A stretch of 15,922 nucleotides of DNA from Selaginella moellendorffii (taxonomy: Eukaryota > Plantae > Lycopodiophyta), in the NCBI RefSeq assembly GCF_000143415.4, contig NW_003314359.1, positions 610,692 through 626,613 on the forward strand. The letters are read 5' to 3'. The position numbers and the translations under genes are program-made. The notes below the pieces were generated by a model. The model made no database searches. It saw nothing but the letters and a program-made list of their open reading frames with translations, and was not told the origin of the DNA. Positions 1 through 9,796 of the stretch are shown here, piece after piece; position 1 is the first letter of the stretch; each line of letters begins with the position of its first letter.

Positions 1-1595
1 GATCCACTGAACCATCATTGAAGTTGACTAGGCTCTCAAGGTTCTTTTCCTGGAACTTATCCAAGATGACACACTGCTGGAGATCCAAGTTGTTGAGTGC
101 AATATGATCGACTTCTTCAACACGGACTGGACTATATCAACACTTGAATTCTTTGCCATCACTACACAAGTTTGGAAATCCTTTGGCTTCAACAAATCTA
201 GGGATTTCATATCGATTCTTTCACTACGGAACAGTGAGGAATCTGTCCAAGTGGTGGATTCTCCAAGCACTTTTCCAACTCTAGTATCATTTGAGAAGTC
301 ACAGGGGATCCATACCAAAGGTCTCTCAGCTCCAAAATAGAGTTTTGATGCATTGCATGTGAGCTTGAACATTGACAACCATGAGACACAAGTTTATGAC
401 ACACTTGTTGCTATGGGGGATCCAAAAGTAGTTCTTGCAGATGAAGCTGATGAGTTGGTGGCTACTGAGATTGAAAAGCCACTAGTTGACCACTTTCTTG
501 TAGACAAGCAGCCATCTCCAGTTACCTCCAGCAAATCACTAGGAGTGGTATCTACTGTAGCCATGGAGTTTTTGACTTGTTCCCATAATATGGAGCTTAC
601 ATCTAGAGCCTATATCCACCCTCAAGCCTCTTGTTGTGTATTAACTCTACCTTTACAAGGAATTCCTCAAGAAGCATGTACTTTACTATGCAATCTTGGA
701 AGCTTGATGGGAAACATGCTCACAACTTCTTGAAATAAGACTTTTGATCCTAGACTTCTTCACAACCTCCCTCAGAGTTCTCTATATGATCTCAATATTG
801 AGATGCAGACTTTTCACATAGTACATGGTAGTTTTGAAGCTTTCAACGAAACATAGTCTTAAGACATCAATAACCCTTTGGAGAGGATAACTTCTTCACT
901 CTCTTTGAGTACACTTTTGAATCTCTAGCTTAGCAACTACACTCTTGGTGGCCCTTCTCACCCTGGAGCTATAATCCAGCCCTGCCACTCATTCTGGATA
1001 TGACCACGATACAAAGGTGGTGGGAATTGTCCAGTAGCATCTTGACTTTTCCTTGGAGATTCTACCAACTTAGCACCTCATCTCACCTCTTCCCAAAGTG
1101 GCTGGGTCATGACTTCTTCATGCTACAACACTCAAGGCATTTTCCGACACTGTTGACACTTCACTCGGCCACCAGATCTTCATCAACAACACACAACAGT
1201 CTCCTCAGCTCTTTGGAGACACTTTCTACCATCCTGAGGAGGCTTCCATACTTCCAGGAAGTGCCAGCATCCTGGATTCTCTTATAGTAACACAGTTTGT
1301 CACCTCAAGCATACTCAATTTGATCTAGCACTTGAGGGTGACTTAGCTAGTTTCAGTGGCATTCTAGGCTTTCTATAGGATGCCTTGCATCCTCCTTGAG
1401 TGTTTCCATCATCATCACTCATCACAGAAGCCACTTACACTGCTCTCTCTTTTGGCAGTGAGATTTTTCCATTTTCACTCATTTTTCTACTTTCTTTGCT
1501 TTTAGTTGCTTCTTTCTACTCTCACTCTTTTGACATCTTCCTTTGGGCCAGAGAATCATGTGGAGAAAGTCTCTTTCCATGGTGAACATGCTTTG

Positions 1596-1963
1596 GCAGC
1601 AACAAAAGTTAAGACATTCTCATGCACAACATGCAAGATATTCAATAAACCGATTGTATGAAGACTCCTTGACTCTTGCTTGTTCATGCTTCATTTCTTT
1701 GGCTTTTTTCCCTACATCAATTCCATCTTCACATTCTCATCACCACTATATATCATCCACACATTAAATTCACTTCCACACACTCACACCACTGTTGCCC
1801 AACTTTCACTACACATACCCAATTATATTTTTCACATTTTCCACCATTTATCATACATTCATACAAGATATTTGGGACAACACTTCATTATAAAGGCTCT
1901 TCCAGATAAGCAGCAACAAAAGTCAAGACATTCTCATGCACAACATATGAGATATTCGATGAA
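1596..1963 (+). repeat. ~54-bp direct repeat pair (1596-1649 and 1910-1963)
   Basis: gcagcaacaaaagt(t/c)aagacattctcatgcacaacat..agatattc occurs twice, 314 bp apart. Confidence 0.85.
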
Positions 1964-2482
1964 TCAGTCACTTGCCATGACTTTCTTCTCTTTGGAGTTG
2001 ATTTCTTCTTCCACTAGGAGACCCCAACTACAGTGGGCATCCAAGTGATTTCAGAGGTGTGGACAATAGAGAAAACACCCTTTTCTTCCAGCTCAAATCA
2101 TAAATGAAGTAGTTTGCCACCTTTCGAGCAATGGTCCAGTAGTTTTTGGTGCAAGCAATAGCTACAACTTTACATTTCACTATATCATATCAGAGCCCAT
2201 CCTTAGACACACTCACTCATATTATCCATCTATCAAGATCCTCTATCATCACTCTCTTCCATTATAATTCATGTCCTATCTCACAATTACCATCACTAGG
2301 TAGTACATTCCTTATGGTTTCTTCTTCATTCTTAGTTAAAATTTTGAGCACGAACTACATGAGCTTGAGGTTGCATTAGCATATTCACTTTCCAAAGTGT
2401 GGGAGCCAGGCTTGAGCTTGTTTCTATTTGGTTTTCTTGCTTTTTTTTCCTCATTTTTCCTCGTTTCCCACTTCCTTGAGTC

Positions 2483-2847
2483 TCTAGTGCAATTACATAG
2501 TTTCCCACTAGGTTTTCCTTGTGTCTTTGAACTTTAAACTCCTCTCCTATATTTTACTTTCATCTCCATTCTTTTTGACTTCCATTTTTAATGTTTTATT
2601 TTTCATTTTTTTTTGTGGTGGGATGCACAAGACTCTGGCATGCAAGAACCCACAGCTGAGATGCTCTCATATGTTAGAATGTAGTATCTAGAAAGGTAAC
2701 TACTGAAATAAAGAGAAATGGAAAAGAAAACAAGAGAAGAAAAACTGAAAGTGGAAATAAAAAAGAATGTAAAAAATGGGAGAAGAGTTTAAAGTTCAAA
2801 GACAGAAATAAAACCTAGTAGAAAATTATGTTTATTGTGACATTAGA
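2483..2847. repeat. Imperfect inverted repeat (arms ~2483-2600 and ~2740-2847)
   Basis: The 20-bp core tgtctttgaactttaaactc (2522-2541) is the exact reverse complement of 2785-2804. Similarity continues on both sides (actaggtttt/aaaacctagt, cattcttttt/aaaaagaatg). Confidence 0.85.
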
Positions 2848-3130
2848 TCATCACTGCCATCTCCTCTTCAACTTTCACTCCCGCTCCTACTCATGCTTTT
2901 ACTCTTACTCCTACTTCTACTTTTACTCCTGCTCCTACTCAACCATAGGCATCTTGAGAGAGAGAGAGAATATTCTAATTCTTAGAACATTCCAAATTAT
3001 TGTATAAAAACCTCGTGAGGGCAAAATAGGGGCCTCCCCATTTTCTCTTGCACTTGAGTTTGGAGTTGCAAGTTTGCAAGCGCATGTGTGAGGGATGGAT
3101 CCATGGTTGGGGTTGAAAGATGCCCTAACA
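2672..3130. mobile_element. Putative solo LTR of a second, unidentified family
   Basis: Bounded by the perfect inverted termini TGTTAG...CTAACA, 459 bp long, with a TATA-like tataaaa at ~3004. No matching TSD (tcata vs atacc). Confidence 0.35.
2877..2969. repeat. Degenerate hexamer array (RCTYYT-like) followed by a (GA)7 microsatellite
   Basis: actccc gctcct actcat gctttt actctt actcct acttct actttt actcct gctcct; (ga)7 at 2956-2969. Confidence 0.8.
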
Positions 3131-3827
3131 ATACCATTTAGTAAAAATATTGTAGTGTACTTATTCTTCTTTTATGTATGCTATATACACTTAGTCTTCC
3201 AAAACCTAATAGTTCTGCATTCTTTTAAAATTGGATGTTTTTGAGGGCTTGAACTTTGAATCTTGTGAAATCAAAGATAATTGCAAAACTTCATTGTCCT
3301 CAGAATTTAAAGACGAGTCTGGTTGTTTAAGTTAACTGATTTAGTTACCTTTGTTTGCTTCTTCCTTGTTTTGTTTTCTTTCTTCAATTTGTGAACTTTC
3401 TTTTGCAAATTCTCAATCTCAATATCTTCAATTATATGCTAAAATGATGTAGCCTTAAACCTAAGCTCTTTCTCTTTTGACTTAGCCTTAGCCTTTTCCA
3501 AAACATCTCTAATAGGAATTTCTTCCTCTCAATTTGCCATCTAAAGGTTTTAGTGTTATTAGTATGGTTCTATTTCACCATCACACTAGTTGCATGCATG
3601 CTTCTATCAATAAATGAACATGCAAAGGTGGAGCAAAACTCATATCTAAAGATTATGCAAGTGATAGATAAGGGCCAAAAGAACCATGAACTTGGGATAA
3701 TCACAAAACTTTACTAAATATAAGATAGCATTGAATAGATATGCCCCACTTGCTAATCTAGATACTTTTCATAAATAGCCATTGAGGCTAAACAGGACCA
3801 ATACATGAGATATAATAACAAAAGTGT

Positions 3828-3995
3828 TGTAAGCTTTTAAATTTAGACTTCTTAGGATAGTACTACTTAAACCCAATGACACATAACCCTAAATATCCTA
3901 AAACTCTAAATTAATTGGGAAAAATGGTGCACTCCCTTTCCCTTTATATTTTAACCCTTATGAATCATTTTTGAAGTCAAGGGTTCCCAATAGCA
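3828..3995 (-). mobile_element. Cassandra-like (5S-containing) TRIM solo LTR, copy 1
   Basis: TG...CA termini, near-perfect 5-bp TSD agtgt (3823-3827)/agtgc (3996-4000), and colinear homology with 12499-12693. Retains the 5S-like tagtactac motif but lacks the 12 bp that contain box C. Confidence 0.7.
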
Positions 3996-4473
3996 AGTGC
4001 AAGTTAATGAATGAGTTTCTTTAATTAGGTTAAGTATACTTGACTAATAATATTTGGGAATTCCATCCTTATACCCTTCTGGCCAAGTGCACATGCAAAA
4101 ATTAATTTCTCAACTAGTTTAGGTAGGGATTAATAAAGAGTTTAGTAATATTGATCTTTTGTTACTGTGGCAATAAGAGAAGAATATTTGAAGGACTTGC
4201 CAATAAAGAAGTTTCAATACTCATAGTCATATTTGCAACACTCTCCACCTCTTAAGGAAGATTGACATCCTTGTTAATGCATACTCTAGTTTAAACCATC
4301 ACAACCCTAGAAAAAACTTATAGTGTTCACACTTTGTGAGAAATACATTAACTTAAATGAGTTAGGAAATTATCTCTCTATCTAATGCAAATATGCTATA
4401 ACTCAGACACCTTTCAATTGTCATTGATAAAGAAATAATCAATATAGTTAGCCACCCTTGCTACTCTCATCAA

Positions 4474-4531
4474 GGGGGGGGCGGGGGGGAAAGGGGGAAG
4501 GGGGAAGGGGGATGTGGGGGATTGTGGGGGG
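4474..4531 (+). repeat. G-run tract with G-quadruplex potential
   Basis: Seven runs of at least 5 G separated by 1-5 nt loops. Confidence 0.8.
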
Positions 4532-4773
4532 ATTCCAAATATATAGTAGAAATAATAGTTGGAAGTGTGGCCAACATCACTCTTTTCAAATAGTTTCTCT
4601 CTTCCTTATGCCTCTTAATATCTTCCTTTTCATATAACAAACTACTGGTTGAGGATCTTGCATGCACCTCAATTGTGAATCTCTTTCAGAGTGAGCACTA
4701 GAGGTATTTTTCCGATCTAGCATGAGCCTCCATAAGCATGTCTATTTAATTTGATATATATAAAGTAGTTTTC

Positions 4774-4873
4774 NNNNNNNNNNNNNNNNNNNNNNNNNNN
4801 NNNNNNNNNNNNNNNNNNNNNNNNNNNNNNNNNNNNNNNNNNNNNNNNNNNNNNNNNNNNNNNNNNNNNNNNN
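4774..4873. other. Assembly gap (exactly 100 N, probably of unknown size)
   Basis: N run. Confidence 0.99.
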
Positions 4874-5382
4874 CACTCTCGCTATTATGCCCCATCTACT
4901 GGTCCTAATTAGTCTTAATGGCTATTTATGGAAAGTGTCTAGATTTGCTAGTCAAATATATTTTTACAATGTTGAATATGATAGTGTTGTTCTTGTATCT
5001 AAATTCATAATTTAGTAATATATTTTTCATGATTGTCCCAAAGAAAAACCCAAAGCATGCATTCTTCACAAGGGGGGAAGCTTGCATGAATCTATTTGTT
5101 TTCATAGAAATAAATTTAGATTTCATTTTTCCACTTGGTAAATTTTTTTGTGTCCATTAGATAGTTGCTTATTATTTTGTATCTCACAACTCCATCACCC
5201 ATAGATGAAGCTTGATGTCTTCATCGCATAATAGAGATAGTGGGAAAGTTAGCCATGGCTAACCAACCTAAGGTATAGTCTAGCTCCCACTTGTATACCC
5301 ATCTTTGTTCTGCATTTGGCTTGGGTCTAAGCTTAAGCTTTATACCACGCTAGCTGTGAAGAAATTATATCCTTGTGCTAGG

Positions 5383-6103
5383 TGTAAGCCATAAATTTTT
5401 CCTTTCTAATTTGCTAGTTTACCTTGTCTATCTGACCACCATTGCCTTGGCCTTAGTTAAGTTCCCTTGCCAAAATTCCTATCTATTTATACAACTCCTA
5501 CTTGGTCTTAATTGGTTTTAGTAACTCATTGCACGACCAAGTATTAGCCATTTATCAACGGATTCCCAAATTCTCTCTCAATCCCCTTTCCTAAGTTAGA
5601 TTGGACTTAAGATTTGGTTACAGTCCCTGTAAGCACAAATAGCCAAACATACTAAGCCTCTAGGTTCCTAACATCCTTTGGTACAATAAGACTTGATCAT
5701 AGGACCCTTTAAATCTGAAACAACACTTGCTTCAGCACATTTGGGGAAAACATCATGGACTAATGGCCCGATATAGGTACCCCTACTCCCCCATTTCCAT
5801 TCTGAAGGGGAGGCCCAAGCCCCTAAGAAGGGGTGAGGATCAATGAGCCATAAGGTACTCAAGTGGGGCACCACTCCATATGAGCCAGGAGCACCACAAT
5901 CAGTTTCCTTTTAAAGAGTGGGAGTTGCTCTTGAGCACTTCCTTGGGTGGCCCCTTTGGCACCACCGGAGTCCATGCTCATTCCCACCTAAGGCCTCTAA
6001 GCTCTAATCTCAACCTCAAGTCAATTTAAAAGCACCACTAGAGAGTTCCTTCAAGATTGGTTCTTGAACCTAACTATACCTATTATACTTTTGGAACCCT
6101 TTG
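5383..6103 (-). mobile_element. Chromovirus LTR copy A (minus strand, 5'-truncated)
   Basis: Reverse complement of ~11330-12056 and ~6205-6806. Its 3' end reads ggcttaCA (tgtaagcc at 5383) and no PBS follows, so it is a 3' or solo LTR. Confidence 0.9.
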
Positions 6104-6806
6104 AAAGAAGTTCAAATTCAAGAGCTTATATTAATCCGAATACTAATATAGATCATGGGGTAAAATCTTAAAGCGTGTGCCTCCGAAAGGGGGGGAAGGG
6201 GGGCTCAAAAGGGTTCCAAAAGTATAGTAAAGATAGTGAGGTCCAAGAACCAATCTTGAAGGAATTCTCTAGTGATGCTTTCAAACTGACTTGAGGTTGA
6301 GACTAATGCCCCATTTGAGTACCCTGTGGCTTATTGGTCCTCACCCTTTCTAGGGGCTTGGGCCTTCCCTTCGGGATGGAAGTGGGGGAGTAGGGGTACC
6401 CGTACTGAGCCATTAGGCCATGGCATTTCCCTTTAGTGTCCTGGAGTAAGTGTTGCACCCAAGGCTTCGGATTTAAAGGGTCTCATGATTGAACCTTGTT
6501 ATACCAAGGGATGTTAGGAATCTGGAGGCTTGGTGTGCTTGGTTGTTTGTGCTTATGGGGAGTGTAGCTAAACTTTAACTTTAATCTAACCCAGAGAGGG
6601 GGATTGGGAGAGAATTTGGGAATTCATAAATGGATGACTAACACTCTATTACTCATGTAATAAGCTGCTGAAACCAAGTAGGACCAAATAAGAGCTGATA
6701 CAATAAGCAAGAACCTTGGCATGGGAACTTAACTAAGGTCAAGGTTGTGGTGGTCGGATAGACAAGATAAACTAGCAAATTGGAAAGGAAAAATTTATCA
6801 CTTACA
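6104..6806 (+). mobile_element. Chromovirus LTR copy B (5' LTR, 5'-truncated, with an internal ~135-bp deletion near 6305)
   Basis: Colinear with ~11250-12056. Ends cttaCA at 6806 and is followed by a PBS-like motif. Confidence 0.9.
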
Positions 6807-6809
6807 ATT

Positions 6810-6821
6810 TGGTATTGGAGT
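6810..6821 (+). promoter_or_regulatory. Degenerate primer-binding site (tRNA-iMet type)
   Basis: tggtattggagt lies 3 nt after the LTR end; the canonical motif is TGGTATCAGAGC. Confidence 0.75.
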
Positions 6822-7143
6822 CTTTTCCTCAATTCTAGGAAATGATAGAAGCTGATTGCTGGGAGATGGATAAAGCAAGGAATAATAGAACCAAGGCAGA
6901 TATAGAACCTCCTCTGGAGCTAAAGCCTCTAATTGCATAAGAAGCTATGGATGAGGAATCCTTGTATAAGAAAAACTCTAATGAGGAAACTTCCAAATAG
7001 AAGTCAGATAGTGAGGTTTGGTCGTCCAAGGCTCAAGTGTGCATTCTAGAAGGATAATTGGCATAGACTAATGCTTTGCTAAAGACCTTGGATAGATGAC
7101 GTAAGTTAGCAAATTAGAAAAGAAAAATTTATGGCTCACAATT

Positions 7144-7155
7144 TGGTATCAGAGC
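7144..7155 (+). promoter_or_regulatory. Primer-binding site complementary to the tRNA-iMet 3' end
   Basis: Perfect TGGTATCAGAGC 3 nt after a second LTR 3'-end fragment (~7105-7140, ending ggctcaCA). Confidence 0.95.
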
Positions 7156-7353
7156 TTTTTCCTCAGTTATAGTAAAGGATAGGGGTGGATTGTTGAGAGA
7201 TAGCAAAGGCAAAGCGTAAAAGAACCAAGGTAGAGATGGAACCTCCAGAGCTAAAACCTCCAGTCGAACAAAATACTACGGATGAGGAATCCTTGCATGA
7301 GGAGGATTCTAGTGAGGAAATTTCCAAATAGAAGTCTGGTGGTGAGGTTCGGT

Positions 7354-8110
7354 CCCTATCGGTTGAACAAAAAGGAACTTGAAGAGCTCAAACACTAACT
7401 TGAGGAGTTAATGGATAAAAGGTATGTTAGGTTGAGCAAGTCATCATATGGAGCACCTGTGTTATTTATGAAAAAAAAAATGAATCTATGCACATGTGTA
7501 TAGACTATCAATTACTCAACAAGTATATAAAGAAGAACAAATATTATTTATCAAGGATTGAGGACCTATTTAATAGGTTGGAAAAGGCAAAATACTTCTC
7601 AAGGATTGGCCTAAGGTCAAGATACTACTAAATCTAGGTAGCAAAGGAAAATGTTGAGAAGACAACTTGTCAGACAAGGTATGGAAGCTTTGAGTTTTTA
7701 GTGATGCCCTTTGGGTTATGCAATGCACTAGCGACATTCTCGGCACTAATGAACCACATTTTTATACTTTATTTGGATCATTTCGTGGTTGTTTATATTG
7801 ACGACATCTTGATCTATAGCGAGATGCTAGAGGAGCATGTTGAACACTTGACAAAAATATTTGAAAAACTAAAAGAACATAAATTGTATGCTAAAGAGAG
7901 AAAATGTGATTTTTTTCAATAAGAGGTAAAGTTTCTCAGACATGTGGTGGGCAAAGACGGGCTCAAGGTGGACCCTGAGAAGGTCCAAGTGATCCAGGAA
8001 TAGGAACGAGTATTGAATGTACACGATTTAAAGGCATTCTTGGGGCTATGCAACTACTACCGAAAGTTTATCAAACACTATTTGAGAGTAGCACTACCCT
8101 TAATGGACTA
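7354..8110 (+). pseudogene. pol: Ty3/gypsy reverse transcriptase, decayed
   Basis: PYRLNKKELEELK..SSYGAPVLF..MCIDY..LNK..YGSFEFLVMPFGLCNA..VVVYIDDILIYS (YIDD at 7794-7805)..AFLGLCNYYRKFI, with stops and a frameshift. Confidence 0.97.
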
Positions 8111-8470
8111 ATGCCCTGCTGGAGACTCTCGTACGCAAGCTAAAGTGTGACGAGAAGTGGAAAAAAAAGTGAAAGACTACAGATGCTGGCAGCATAAAAG
8201 ACGTGGACCTTTGGCGGGGACTGAGGTGGAACTGAATAAGATTGAATAAACTGAAGTGGATTCAATCCCTTAAACAGTTCCCAAATACAAACCAAAACCC
8301 TCACTAGTCTTCAAGGGAGTGAATAACTGTAAAGTGGTGGAGGATTGGTTTTACGATATGGAGGATTACTTCCGAGCGTTGTGGTTATCGAGCTCGAAAA
8401 AGGTTTCATGTGCAAAACTATACTTGGTAAATAATGCTAAGTCTTAGTGGAGAATAACAGAGGCTAACAT
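8106..8470 (+). pseudogene. gag: gag middle segment (capsid-like), displaced downstream of RT
   Basis: KPKPSLVFKGVNNCKVVEDWFYDMEDYFRAL..KKVSCAKLYLVNNAKS*WRITEAN. Its start matches the gag sequence at 7066-7086. Confidence 0.85.
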
Positions 8471-8472
8471 TG

Positions 8473-9720
8473 GATCATTAAAGGTACTTTTTTTGTTCCT
8501 ATCTTTTTGTCACTGCCCACTAAGAGTAAGCACAAAAATATTGCCTTAATTCCTTTAATGTATTATCCTTTTATGGACACCAGGTTCAAGTAGGAGTCTT
8601 TAGCCTTATATTGCCCTACCTTTAGATCTTAGACTTCCACCCTAGATCATTCTCCTTGTGCATTCGCTAATACCACAAGGTTCCTACCTTATCAATGCAG
8701 AGCTACCACAAATCGATTAAATTAATCCATCCTTGAAGATCACATCAAATCTCGCCATGTCCAACACAGTGAAATCCATGTTTACTTTCCATGTCTGTAT
8801 TTCGACTTTTGCTTATCGAAGTACTTTATCGGTGCTTTGGCTACCTTGAATAAACTCTATAGTCCTTCATTCACCTAGCCGCTGCACCATTAATTCGGCT
8901 AGCCAAACTATGTCTGCAGTTACAAAATTATCCTAAGCACCTATGTCAATAAAAATCTTAACAAAGTTACTTCCGAGCTTCGCTTAGAGGGCTAGTAGAT
9001 GTCACAAATGACTTTCTACCAAAGTTGCTTGTGTAATAAGTAACTTTGAGCTAGGAACTAGATCATGTACTTTAGTTTGGATTTCACTTGACTTGATGGA
9101 CATATTAATTTTGGCCTTCTTCAGGTAGAGACATTCCCTCAAAAAGTGTCCTACTTCACCACAATTGAAGCATACGTTTTTTCCCATACTACTAGCTGAC
9201 TTGACCTTCTTATTAGTGGGTTTGCCCCTTTTTGCTTGATTCCCCCACATACTTGCTACTAGCCACCGGATTTACCTTTTCGAAACACTGAGGATTCATT
9301 CTTAGAGAAACTCTTCTTGAATTTCCCTTTGCTATATGTCCCCCTTGGTTTGTTTTTTTTGCTAAACATGGACCCCAACCCTGTTGTGTTCTCCTTTCGT
9401 AGATTATCATTGAAATGCACTTTAATAGTTGCATCTAATACTTCCTTGTAGTTGGTTGGGTTCCAACACATCACCTCGCCTCAAGCCCAGGTGTGTAAAC
9501 CTGATATGAAGGCATGGAATGCATCCATGTCACCCATGTCCATGACAAGGATCTTCTTTGCTATAAACCCATTCACATACTCTTAAATGGTTCCAGTCTG
9601 CTTCAACCTACTCAACTCATCCCTTAGGTGCAGAGTAGTATTTGGAGGAACGTAAATTACGTAGATCCTTGCCTTCATCATTTCCCAAGTGGCCACCGGT
9701 CCTTCGTTGGCCTCTGTTAT
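8473..9720 (-). pseudogene. gag-pol: Inverted gag C-terminal half, CCHC zinc knuckle and aspartic protease
   Basis: ITEANEGPVATWEMMKARI..LRDELSRLKQTGTI; CFNCGEVGHFLREC (9131-9172); IFIDIGA*DNFV (D-T/S-G-A-like motif at 8936-8947). 8473-8805 is homologous to 14212-14545. Confidence 0.9.
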
Positions 9721-9796
9721 GGGAAAAGGGAAGATGGTATGGATAGTGAAATGCGAGGTGGCATTTGTCCACCTTAAAGGGAAGTTGAGAAAAACT
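9721..9796 (+). pseudogene. pol: RT connection fragment continuing the RT broken at 8110
   Basis: KGKMVWIVKCEVAFVHLKGKLRKT, homologous to the reverse complement of ~13255-13328. Confidence 0.8.

Noticed and set aside
28-2379. Short ORFs on both strands as genes or as copia gag-pol
   Set aside because: No recognisable motif; they overlap, are low-complexity and break up quickly.
4470-4667. Proline-rich ORF
   Set aside because: The proline run is just the antisense translation of the G tract.
5248-5263. Perfect 16-bp palindrome gttagccatggctaac
   Set aside because: About 0.2 are expected by chance in 15 kb (15000/4^8), and there is no supporting context.
7701-7922. RT ORFs (also 13524-13760) as functional or retron-like reverse transcriptases
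   Set aside because: They are stop-bounded fragments of decayed gypsy pol.
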